Below are positions 12,666 through 28,349 of a stretch of DNA of 64,000 nt, piece by piece. The stretch is from Selaginella moellendorffii (Eukaryota; Plantae; Lycopodiophyta): assembly GCF_000143415.4 (NCBI RefSeq), contig NW_003314264.1:414774-478773 (forward strand). The letters run 5' to 3'. How positions within the stretch are numbered: the first letter of the stretch is position 1; every line of letters starts with the position of its first letter. The notes below the pieces were generated by a model. It ran no database searches. It worked only from the letters and a program-made list of their open reading frames with translations, and was not told the DNA's origin. A program made the position numbers and the translations under genes.

Positions 12666-15600
12666 CTACACCTCAGAGGCCGCCTCCTTTTTGAGCGAGG
12701 CCGAGAACATATCAACCTGGCTCTTGATGCCGCTCGCCACAAAGGCAATCTGGAATATCTCCTCATACTTGTCCACGAAATGGACGTCGAGGCCTTCTTT
12801 TACGTGCGGCAAGAGCTCGTCGTAGTCCCGCTTGTTGGCCTTGGGAAAAATGATCGTCTTCACAGCGCTCCTCCTGGATGCCACAGTTTTCTCTTTTACC
12901 TGTTCCAAGTTCCAACAGTCAGTATTGTCAAGAAGAAAAAAGGAAAAAAATCATCTGCTTACCCCGCCAATGGCAAGAACTCGGCCAGTCAGTGTCACTT
13001 CCCCAGTCATTGCTACATCGTCGTTGACAGGCTTGCTGAGAGCCAGCGACAGCATCGAGGTGATCATAGTGCACCCGGCGCTTGGCCCGTCTTTTGGCGT
13101 AGCACCGGCCGGTACGTGGAGATGTAGTTTGCTGTTTGTAAAAAACTGGTTTTGCGGATCAATCTCTCGCAGGTACTTCCGCGCAAATGTGTGTGCTATT
13201 GAGGCGCTCTCCTTCATCACATCCCCAAGCTGACCAGTGAGTTGGAGCCCGCCTTTACCTTCACCCTCCTCAATCACACTCGTCTCCACATAGAGCGTGG
13301 AGCCTCCCATTGCTGTCCAGGCCAGACCCATGACGACTCCAATCGGTGTCTTGTCGTAGAAGCGGTCGCTTACGAACACGGGACTTCCCACGAACTCGTG
13401 AAGATTGGTGTCGTTGATTTTGATCTGCTCTTCTGCCACCTTTTTCTCTGCCTCCTCCTTTTCTTTGGTTTCTGATGACGCAGACTCATCCGGTACCTTG
13501 TTGTCTGTTTCCGATGTAGTAGAAGCCTTCACGCCCGTCAATTTTTCTTCCGGCTCTGAACACGGCGGTTTCTCCAACGGCAACTTCTGAGCAATATCCA
13601 CCTTTTCTTTCTCTGACGGTAGCATGGTCTCGGCCTCAAGCGTTTCACCCTCCTGGACGGCTGAGTCGGTTAGCTTAATGGCCATATCCTCCTTCTCAGA
13701 TGTTGCATCGGGCAAAAGCTCGTCCGCAAGTATCTCCAGCTTTTCATTCAGAACCGGCGTTTCTTTGAGTTCTGCTTCCTCTATGCTATTGGAGTCGTCT
13801 TCCACAAGTTTGATGGCACCGTCATTCTGCAAGCAACGTTCAATACCATAGAATATGAGGTACGAAAAATACCTCGGCATTGCTTTTCGTTTCGGCAACC
13901 GTAACCAGGTTATTCTGTTTCATTTCCTCCTCCTTGGGAGTATCAAGCTCACGTCGGACTAGTTTCAGCGCTATCTGTAAATGAAAGCTGTTGGGATTCT
14001 AAAGAACTCACCAATACTGCTACCTTGCGATAAATCTTATCAATATGCTTCTGCAGATTTCTAACGCCAGCCTCGCGACAATAAGTTTCTATAAGACTGT
14101 GCATAGCACTGTCACTAAGCTCAACCTGCAACAACATTTGAGAAGACCTGTTAATATTGAAGGCGATTCTACCTGTTCTTTTTTTATCCCACAATTTTCT
14201 CGAGCTTGGCGTTCGAGATAGTCACGGGCAATGTGCATTTTCTCATCAGTAATATAACCGACCAACCGTATAACTTCCATGCGATCAAGTAGAGGTGCAG
14301 GAATGTTCTCAACCAAATTTGCAGTGCAAACGAACAAAACCTACAAGGAAACGAGCATTAGCTGAAAGTTGTGAAAAAACAGAGAGCTCACTTTTGACAA
14401 ATCTATGGGCACGTCAAGGTAATGGTCAAGAAAATTAGCATTCTGCTCCGGATCTAGAAGTTCCAATAATGCACTAGCTGGATCTCCTGCATGACCCCGA
14501 CCAAGCTGCAATGACAACGTCAGAACGAATTGTTAAACTAACTGTTCAAGATCCTTCACCTTATCAATCTCATCGATCAGCACCAAAGGGTTAGCAGTTC
14601 CTGTCGACTTCAGGCACTGAACCATTTTACCAGGCATGGCTCCAACGTAAGTTCTGCGATGCCCCTGAAAATAATAAAATAGTAGAAACCAAATGTAATG
14701 ATAGCTGCAATAATCACCTTAATCTCAGCAACATCACTAAGGCCACCAACTGAGAAGCGAAAGAATTTTCGATTGAGCGCCTTAGCAATTGATTTCCCTA
14801 TGCTTGTTTTCCCTACTCCAGGGGGTCCTGAAAGGCATATTATCTTTCCTGAAAAGAAAAGAAGAAAAACCAAATCAATTGTACGCATTGGCACCAAAAC
14901 AAAAATTCATACTGGCAAAATTTACCAACAGCGGTGCCCTTCAGCTTGCCAACAGCGATAAACTCAAGTATCCTTTCTTTTACATCGGACAAGCCATAAT
15001 GATCCTCGTCCAGAACAGTTTGAGCCTGCCGTACATCAAAGTTTTCCTTGCTGCAAGGAAAAATTGGAATCAATGACCGAGTGATAGAAGAAAAGAAAGA
15101 ACCTGTATTGTCCCCACGGTAGTGCTGTCAACCAGTCCAGATAGTTTCTTGTAACATTGAACTCGCTCGAACTGGACTCAAGGCCTTGCAATTTAGAGAG
15201 TTCCTCGTCGATGACTTGCAAAACGTGCTCCGGACACTGCTTTCTATGTGGCTCCAATCTCTCTTTAAACTTTACTGTATACGTGAAAGAGAGGAAGTCG
15301 AAACGGGATTAAAACTAGAGAAACAAATTTACCAGTAAGCGCTGTTTTATCATCTGCTTCAATTCCCAGCTCCTACACCAGAAATTCAGAAGCTTAAATC
15401 ATTAAGCTCATTAAGGTACCTTCTTAATAGCTTTCAGTTGCTCCATTAAGAAAAACCGGCGTTGATCACCGCTTATTTTTTCCTCCACGTTTTTCGCAAT
15501 AGTCGCCTGGGAAAGCTTTAAGAACGAGAATAGTCATAATTAGCATACCTGTAGCTTTGCAAGCTCAAGCTCTTTCTTTAAAAGTACAAGAGCTAAATTG

Positions 15601-17294
15601 AGTCGCTTCTCCACCTATAGCACAAAACAAGAACCGCCTTTTAGAAACGTTATGGTCAATCAGAAATTCTTACATCTAGTTGCTCCAACACTTCCTGTAG
15701 CAGAGGTTCATCAGCTGTAGTGAGCGCAGAGCCAAAGTCAGCCAGTCGGGCAGCATTGATATGCGAATTTCCCATATTCTGCATTCAAAAACGTTGTTCT
15801 GAATAACGTCATGAATTGAAAGAGCTGAAAAAGCACACGGACCTGCACGAAGACTTGAATAGTTTCTTTGTACAAAGGATTGTATCGCATTAGATCACGC
15901 AAAGAGGCGACAACCTCCATAAAAGTTGCTTTTATAACATCTGATGTCTCGTCATAAGATTTATCCTGATACCACAAGAATACTTTAGCAAGCGATCAAA
16001 TCACACCTAGAACGAACCTTGAGATGCTCAACCGAAACTGTCAAAGGATCATCGGATAGCTGCATCACATATTTTCAGAACATTTTTAACGAGGAATAAT
16101 ATCTATTACCATTCCAGTGAGTCGTAAGCGGCGATGGCCCATGAGAAAAACTTGAGCAGGACCATCCGAATTGACGCTTCTTATGACGTTGAGCACCTGT
16201 TTCAAACTTGAGTCAAAGGCGGCGGTGTTGTAGGTTGATGACTAACCTGTGCAAACGTTCCATATTCATGCAATCTTTTGTATAGAGCTTCTCCCTTCAA
16301 ATCCGAATCCTTGACCTCCTCGCCACTCTTCTCCCCAGTCTTCTCTTCACTTTTCTCGCCAGCTGCTCCACTCGTCTCGCGGGCATTTTCACTTTCAACC
16401 ACAACGCTCTCCTTCGCATCCTTGAGAAGAAATGCTCCAACATACGGCGTTCCTCTTGCTCGAAGCTCTACCAATGAGTCCGCAAGCTTGGGATCCTGTG
16501 GCACTTGATAAGAGTTGGTGACTTTTCAAACTAGTCGATTAAATACCTTACCTTGATGTGAATGGGAGCATAGAATCCAGGGAACAAAGGCCTTCTCGTC
16601 AGTGGTAATGCTAAAACCTGGAAGAGACGAATGGCAAACGTGTTTTTTAAACGACCAAAGTTACCTTGGGAAAGTTCTCGGGTCTCGGCCCAGCAGGAAC
16701 AATAGCCCCCGACTGTGCGGACTCTTCAGCACCTTCCTGATCTTCTTTTTCCTTCAAATCTTTTCCGTCTTTCCCATCCTTCCCTTCTTTTGCCTCCTTG
16801 GCTTCCTTGACGACCGTAGCTTCTGTGGCTTCCGCGCTGGCTTTGTTCGACTTATCACCTCCAGACCCTTTCAAAATCCTCTGGAATAAGCTCGGTTTCC
16901 TCCGACCACCACCACCACCGCCGCCGCCACCTTCTTTTTCCCCTTTGCCTTCAGTCTTGCTACCACCTTCTCCTTTTCCTCCGGATGATCCCTCACTTGA
17001 CTTAGAAGACACGACTTTGTCGGGGATAGCAGCTTCTTCAATGCTACTAGCGCTGTCAGCTTCGCTGGACTCTTTGCTACTACTATTGCTCCCATTCTTA
17101 CTGCTACCGTCGCTACCGCCCTTGCCGGCACCGCTGCCGGAGCAAAATGTGTGCCTGGTGCCATCGAACGACCGAGCGAGCATCGAGCCCCATGCCGGCG
17201 CCCGCGCCCCAGCAGGCCATGTAGCGGGCCGGATCGAGAGACGTCTCAAGCTGGGGGAATCCCGGAGCGCCGACGAGACAATGGCGGCGAGCAT
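12666..17294 (-). CDS. LON1: ATP-dependent Lon protease, mitochondrial type, multi-exon
   Basis: Arg/Ser-rich presequence, Walker [17 protein letters not shown], catalytic [17 protein letters not shown]. No C-terminal SKL. Confidence 0.95.
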
Positions 17295-17454
17295 AGATGC
17301 GAGGAAATCCCTACCAGGAAACGAAGATCGCCCCGCCTTCCACCGCGCCCCGACCGCGCTTCATGCCCTAGACTAGAATGACGGGTTTAGGGTTTATCAA
17401 AACGTAGAATAGTTAGTCAAAAACGAGGGAGGGGATTATATTAGTTTATCATAG

Positions 17455-21728
<4,274 letters not shown>

Positions 21729-21861
21729 AGCGCCCTCCCAAGCCCTAGGGGATCCCCTGTCAAAACCTAGGGCTTTAGCTCAGATAGATTCGTTTATTCC
21801 CGTAGAATATTCGAGAAATTGTTTGACATTCCCGCGTTTTGCAATTCTAAAAGAAGATTGA

Positions 21862-22984
21862 TCAATGGTTCGCAGTGAGCTTGGAAACATCTACTGCTGG
21901 GATTTCTAGGGTTCTTGATTCTTCCTTAATCTTCTCAAGCTCCAATTTGGCAGCATCGTCATCCATGGGAACTTGGGCTTTAGACAGCGCCTAAAAGAAA
22001 AAAGTTTAAAATCTAGATCTTAAAAGATTCCAAGGATAAAAGAGGAATAAGTACCTTCTCTAGATTGGAGATCCTCTGTGACTGCGATGCGATCCCAACC
22101 TCAAGCCTCTGAAGAACATGAAGCACCGCGAGCAAATGGCTGCTCACATTCCCCGCGCAGTGTACCTCCACCGTCCCCTGTGGCAGCCGGTCCACGCAGC
22201 CAACGTGGTGGAACGGACACGTCACCATCTTCATGGGGCACACGCTCACGCAGTGCCTGTCCATGTCAGCCCTGGCCACGCTCTGGCCACACCCCTGCTC
22301 GCACGTCAGCACCTTGAACGCACACCTGGCGTCGTGCCCGCCGCCCTGGACCGCCGAGTAGACGTCCGTACAGCCCTCGTTGGTACACGTGGTGGGGCGG
22401 AGCGCGCAGCGCGCCTTGTGCGCCGCCAGCTCCTCGCTCGACCCAAACCTCATCTCGCAGTGCGCCACCATGCTCCGGTCGATGCGCCGCAGCAGCGATC
22501 TGGCCAGCATCTCGCGCCGCCCCACCATCCAGGCGCCCGATCGATCCAGCTCGCCCACGAACTCCTCGATCTTGTCCTCCTTCTTGTCGTTGCTGAGGAT
22601 CCGGCTGGAGACGCGTGCCAGGAGATTGGCCTTGGAGCGCACGAATCCATCCAGGAACCCCTGCAAGATCTTCATGGGTTTTGGGGCCTGGACGCGATCG
22701 CTCAGGCTCCCCAGCGCCGCGCCGGCGTACTGCTGGCTCTGGCTCTCCAGGCTCTCGATCAGCTCCCTCTTCAAGTCGCCCACCACCGAGCCCGGCTGAT
22801 TGAACGGATCCCCAATCGTCTTCTCCACGCACGCCGCCGCCAGCGTCAGGAGCAGCAGCCCCGTCGCCTTGTGGAGCTGCTCCACGTCGTAGTAGCCGCA
22901 TTCCTGGAGGATGATCGGCGATAGCTCCTCCTCCTCCTTTTTCTCCTCCACCACTACACTCTTTTGTTCTTCCTCGCCAGCCAT
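21862..22984 (-). CDS. Plant TRAF-type zinc-finger protein, 2 exons
   Basis: Cys/His repeats CTNEGC, HDARC, CEQGC, RHCVSVCPMKMVTCPFHHVGC. Intron 22054-21991; second exon ends TGA at 21862. Confidence 0.8.
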
Positions 22985-23334
22985 CGCTAGATCCCCTTTC
23001 ACCCGATCTAAACTTTTAGGTGAAACGAAGCCTAGCTTTTAAGACGCAGAACAACGTGAACACAGAGAAAGTTGGCAGCACGACTTTTACTCGGCCTTCA
23101 TTCCAATGTGGACGCACGACCGTAAATACTCTTTGTTGTCAAGTCGCACTCCTCGTTTGCGAGCCAACGAGCGAGGAGATTCGATGCAACATAGTCATTA
23201 GAGTTGCCAACAAGTCAGTGTGAGTGATTTTCACTAAGTCCCACTGCATGCGACATTGTTTGGTCATTGAGAGATCATGAGATCATGATTTGTTTCACTT
23301 CCATCATCTTTGGACAAAAGATAGATACTCCTTC

Positions 23335-24444
23335 CTACGTACTCCGCTTGGGTCGAGAGCTCGCTCTGCCTGCCAAATTCTCGAACAAATCCATTTGCAT
23401 CTTGGTCCGCCGCAGCTCCAGCTCGCACAGCATCTCGGTCCGCTTGAGCTCCATCTGGATCAGCATCTCCGTCCGCTTGAGCTCCACCTCGTGCATCTGC
23501 GCCCGCCGCGCCTCCATCTCCATCCGCACCCTCTCGTTGTCCCTCTGCAGCTCCACCTTGCACTCCTCGATCTTGATCAGTGTCTCGCTCAGGTACTTGA
23601 GCGCCGCTCCCAGGTCCGAGGACGAGCTCTCCCGCCCGCGCTTCCGGCTGCCGCCGCCGCCAGACTTTGATCTCGGCGACGCCGTCTCGTCCCTGTCCGT
23701 GCTCTTCCCAGACTGCGATGTGTAGGAGGTGTCGTTCCTCTCGTCGTCGCCCATGCCATGAACGCTCCGGGCTTCGATCAGCTCCAGTCCGTGATGCTGG
23801 TGCTGCTGGTGATGATGCTGGTGCTGGTGATTGCTCATCACGACTCCAAATCCCACTGCTGGAGCAGTCGTGGTTGCAGTAGCACCATCCTCGTCAACAA
23901 CGTGAGAGTTGTGTTGGTGTCGATGAAACGCTGAGTGTTCCTGGCTGCTCTTCGCGTCGGCCGAGGCTTTGTCATTGGCATTGTTGCCTCCACCACCAGC
24001 AGCGCCGCCGCCGCCGCCGCCAAACATCATGTTGAGGCGATCATACCACGGCCATTTCGACTGCCCGAGCACCGCCACCACCTTCTCCTGCCGAAACTTG
24101 CCCCTCAGCTTCTCGATCTTGTGGCGGCACTGGTCGCCAGTCTTGGGCACCCCGCACCGATTGCCCAGCTCCGCCCCGACCTCGTCCCAGTTCTTGGCCT
24201 TGAGATTGCCCCGCCGCAAGCTGTTCCACTTCTCCTCAAACACATCGATGAGCACGTCGGTGGCGGCGTCCGTCCACGCGGACTTGCCGTTGATGGGGAT
24301 CTTGGACATGCGCTCCAGCTCGTGGAGATGGTGGTGGTGGTGGTGATGCGCGTGCTGGAGATCCTCCTTCATCAGCTGCGGCAAGCACGCGGCGATGGGC
24401 GTCGGCTGCTGCGGATTCGCCTCCGCGAATGGATGCAGCGCCAT
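23335..24444 (-). CDS. Trihelix (SIP1/ASIL-like Myb/SANT) transcription factor, single exon
   Basis: WTDAATDVLID...W...KTGDQCRHKIEKLR...WPWYDRL plus a C-terminal coiled coil with MELKRTEM repeats. Confidence 0.9.
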   Translation of the reverse strand: MALHPFAEANPQQPTPIAACLPQLMKEDLQHAHHHHHHHLHELERMSKIPINGKSAWTDAATDVLIDVFEEKWNSLRRGNLKAKNWDEVGAELGNRCGVPKTGDQCRHKIEKLRGKFRQEKVVAVLGQSKWPWYDRLNMMFGGGGGGAAGGGGNNANDKASADAKSSQEHSAFHRHQHNSHVVDEDGATATTTAPAVGFGVVMSNHQHQHHHQQHQHHGLELIEARSVHGMGDDERNDTSYTSQSGKSTDRDETASPRSKSGGGGSRKRGRESSSSDLGAALKYLSETLIKIEECKVELQRDNERVRMEMEARRAQMHEVELKRTEMLIQMELKRTEMLCELELRRTKMQMDLFENLAGRASSRPKRST

Positions 24445-24678
24445 CGCACCGATTCCAAAACCTAGACGCCGTCGATGCAGTGGCGATGGGATTGCCCGCT
24501 GGAACTGCTAAGTGATCTGAGCTCACCCGTACTCAAATTGGGCCACCGCTCCTCCGTGTCGCCACCGCCGCTCCGCCCCACCGCCGCCTGGAAACCGCGT
24601 CGAGCCCTAAATCACCGACTAATCTGGCGGCTGGCTCGTTTGACTACTGGCGCGCTTAGAGATTCCGGTCACGTGATC

Positions 24679-24760
24679 GTCGCTTTGGCCGAGTGGTTAA
24701 GGCGTGTGCCTGCTAAGTACATGGGGTTTCCCCGCGAGAGTTCGAATCTCTCAGGCGACG
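24679..24760 (+). tRNA. tRNA-Ser (anticodon GCU)
   Basis: GTCGCTT/AGGCGAC acceptor stem, A box TGGCCGAGTGG, anticodon loop CT-GCT-AA, long variable arm, B box GTTCGAATC, downstream T run. Confidence 0.96.
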
Positions 24761-24837
24761 CTTCTATTAATTATTTTTCTTTAACTTAAAAGACATTTTT
24801 TAAGTTCTTTTAAGGTCATTTGGGTTTGTTTGTAGCT

Positions 24838-27096
24838 ATGGCGCGGCACAGGCCGCCTTCTTTCTCTATGCTGCGAGAAATGCACGTCCACAATCGGAAG
24901 AAGCTGCAAAACGCGATGGCGGAGAAGCTCAAATCGATCGGCCAGCGCCTTGCTGGTGTGGTTCTTCTCCAGGTTAGAATTTCGTTTCTTTGATTGTTCT
25001 GATGATCGAAGCGTGATTTAGGGGGGAGAGGAGCGCTACAGAGATTGCACTGATCACCTCGAGCTCTTCAGGTATGCATGTACCTTGCTATGCTCGAATC
25101 AAAGATTGAGATAGCATGTGAGAATTTACAGGCAAGAGAGTTTTTTTGCGTACCTGTTTGGAGTCAGAGAACCGGGATTCTATGCTGCCATTGTATGTTC
25201 ATGCTCATTTAATTCTCTTCGTTTCGTACTGATTTGTTTGCTCCAGGACATTGCCACCGGCCAGTCGATTTTATTTGTTCCTCGGTTGGATCCAGATTAT
25301 GCTGTCTGGCTTGGAGAAATTCACCCTCCATCTTTCTTCAAGGTGATCGTCCTTTAAGAAACATTGTGCTTCCTTCTCTTTTTCTTTTTCTTTTCTTAAA
25401 GCAAGGTTTATCACAGGAGAAATACGGGGTGGATGCTGCTTACTACGTCGATGAGATGGTTTCTGTCCTTAGAAAATTTGACGCTTCGCTCTACTTGCTG
25501 CATGGTCTTAACACGGATAGCAATAGATACTGCAAGCCTGCGACGTTCCAAGTAAGTCAGGTACCAAGGCTTCTTATTGAGCTCTTTCGTCCAGGGAACA
25601 GAAGGATTCGAGCAGGACACCAAGGTTTTACATCCTGTTTTAAGCGAATGCCGTGTTATCAAGTCGGAACTAGAACTCGAGCTCTTGCGATATGTCAATG
25701 AAGTTAGCTCTGCGGCTCATGTCAAGGTTTGTTTTCTTCTTTCCTTGTAAAGACCAAGAACTCCTTTTCTGTCTCGTTTTACTGAAGGTAATGCGCTCGG
25801 CTCAGCCCGGTTTAAAGGAGTACCAGCTTGAGAGTACCTTTCAGCATTACTGTTACATGGAAGGCGGCTGTCGAGAGTGCTCCTATACATGCATATGTGC
25901 CACTGGCGAGAACAGGCAAGAAGTTCTTTCATTCTCTCTCAATACTTTTCTTGTTTTTTTATACAGTGCTGTTTTACATTATGGACATGCAGCAGCCCCT
26001 AATGACCAGGTTTGTAACTTAACCACTATCTCGTGACCACATGGTTGCTTTTGGAATGGTTATTTTTGTAGATTGCAAGTGATGGAGCTATGGCGCTTCT
26101 AGACATGGGTGCTGAATACCATTTTTACGGTTCGGATATAACATGCTCATTTCCTGTGAACGGGAAGTTTACAGAAAAACAACGATTGATCTATACAGTA
26201 CGATATTGCTTAAATCCATTTATTGTGACTAAAATTGTAATCTCGCAGGGAGTCCTGGAGGCTCAGAAGGCTGTTATCTCCAAAATGAAGCCTGGAATCA
26301 GTTGGGTAGCGATGCACAAGTAAAAACTCTCCATGTGTTATGGCTCATGAGTTTTTTTTTTGTAACTGGAGATGTGCTTCTTTGTAGGCTTGCTGAGACG
26401 AAGATTTTGGAAGCACTGAAAACTGCAGGCTGTCTAAAAGGGTATGACGGTGTTCTTCTTTTTCGTTTCTCATGCAGATGCTCGAATCGCTCTATGCAGC
26501 AATGTAGAAGATATGATGGAAAACAGGCTGGGAGCGGTGTTTATGCCGCACGGTCTCGGTCATTTTCTTGGATTGGATACTCATGATCCGGGTGGCTACC
26601 CGCAGGTATCTAGTGTCTGTGGAAACGAAGACAAAGAATCTAATTTTCGTGCTCTTTTTTGGTTGCCAGGGCATGTCAAGGATCAATGAACGAGGTCTTG
26701 CGTCCTTACGAACAGTTCGAACTTTGGAAGCTGGCATGGTGAGAGACTATATAGTTCGTTTCTCAAATCTGAACACGACTGCTTTTGTGGTATGAAGCTG
26801 ATCACCGTGGAGCCAGGCTGCTACTTTATAGACGCAGTGCTGGACCCAGCTCTGGAAGACCCGGTTCTCTCCAGGTTCCTAAACAGAGAAGCCATCGACA
26901 AGTTTAGAGGCTTTGGTGGAGTGCGACTCGAAGACGATGTGGTACCATTGGATTTACGACTTTTCTCTCCAAACACTGAAATATGTTTGGCTTGCAGATT
27001 GTGACTTCCGATGGCTGCGAAAACTTGACAAATTGTCCGCGCGAGATTTCGGACGTGGAAGACGTCATGGCTGGAGGACCTTGGCCTCGCACCTGA
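24838..27096 (+). CDS. Xaa-Pro dipeptidase (prolidase, M24B), multi-exon
   Basis: [28 protein letters not shown]...[35 protein letters not shown]. Confidence 0.93.
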
Positions 27097-27218
27097 TAGA
27101 GAGCGCGCATGTAAGAAGAAAGCAAACGAAAAAGAAAATTTACAACCAGGTATCACAGTGGCCAAGTGTTTCCAGGGTTTAGGGGTTCTTGCGTTAATGT
27201 GTGGATAAGGTTGTGGCG

Positions 27219-28246
27219 ATGGCGTCGGCATGCTGCGTCCACCAGGTACGAGAATGCATTGGGCTCGTAGAAGCGCTCCTCATCGTCTCTCTTTGCCGCT
27301 CTAGATTTCCAGTCTTTCGCTGGGCAGCAAGCTGCAAGAGTTTCAAGATAGGCGTAGTGGTGCTGCTACCACACATTCCTCCTCCTCGGCAGTGCTGGGC
27401 TCCAGGACATGGAAGTTTTGCTCGTACAACCATCGTAGATTAATGCTACAGTCGGCACCAACACCGAGGAGTGGCGCTTCTTCCATCGTCAAGAGCCAGA
27501 GACTAGCGGCGGCAGGCATGGTTAGAACGATTGCGACTACTCCGGATTCGGAGGTGGGAGCGTCCGACACCGAGGGAGACTCGACAACTTCGGAGGTAGC
27601 CGAGGTCATTGATGTGGAAGCGGAGGAAGGAGCTGAAGATACCGAAGAAGTAAAGAAGAGCTTGAGGCAACCAAAGGTGAAGAAGAAATCGCTGGTTCAC
27701 ATTCTAGAGGTGGGTAAGTTCTTCCAGTTCGATCATTCACTCTTATCATGTTTTCCCTGCTATCTTTTTGTCCTCCTCTTTTTCTTCGAGCAGGCACTTC
27801 ACAAGCAGGCAATTGAGGAAGCCACAAAGGATAGAGACATTCCAGACCTCAGACCAGGATATGTAGTGCAGATCAGACTCGTAAGTCGTCTCTCTCTTCT
27901 TTTTCTTCTTCTTTTTTTCAAGTAATTGGATCTTCAACTTCTACTGCAGGAAGTTCCAGAAACAAAACGCAGGGTGTCTCTCCTTCGAGGGATTGTGATT
28001 TGCCGCAGGAACAATGGAGTGAACACGACGTTCACAATCAGGAGAATCTTTGCTGGTGTTGGCGTTGAGATGGTCTTTCCTCTGTAAGTTTTTAACCTGT
28101 TTCCTAGTAGTGTGTGATCTCATGATCCATCTCTTTGCAGATACTCCCCCAACATCAAGGAGATAACCGTGCTACAAAAGAAAAAAGTGAGACGAGCCAA
28201 GCTTTACTATTTGCGTAAGAAGCTGGCCAGGTTCTCAACCTTCTGA
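27219..28246 (+). CDS. RPL19: Organellar (probably plastid) 50S ribosomal protein L19, multi-exon
   Basis: Transit-peptide-like N-terminus, [37 protein letters not shown]. Confidence 0.9.
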
Positions 28247-28349
28247 GTACCATGCTTTTTGAATGTAAATTCATCTCGTCAACGAGGCCAATTGCCAAGT
28301 CGAAGTAGCATTCCTTGTTAGCTCTCAAAATCGAAATCAACAGGCTTGC

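Noticed and set aside
13380-13830. Long acidic insertion in Lon
   Set aside because: A variable low-complexity insert at this position is usual for plant mitochondrial Lon.
22118-24465. Long antisense ORFs over the TRAF and trihelix genes
   Set aside because: Expected stop-poor antisense frames of GC-rich coding sequence, with no domain signal.
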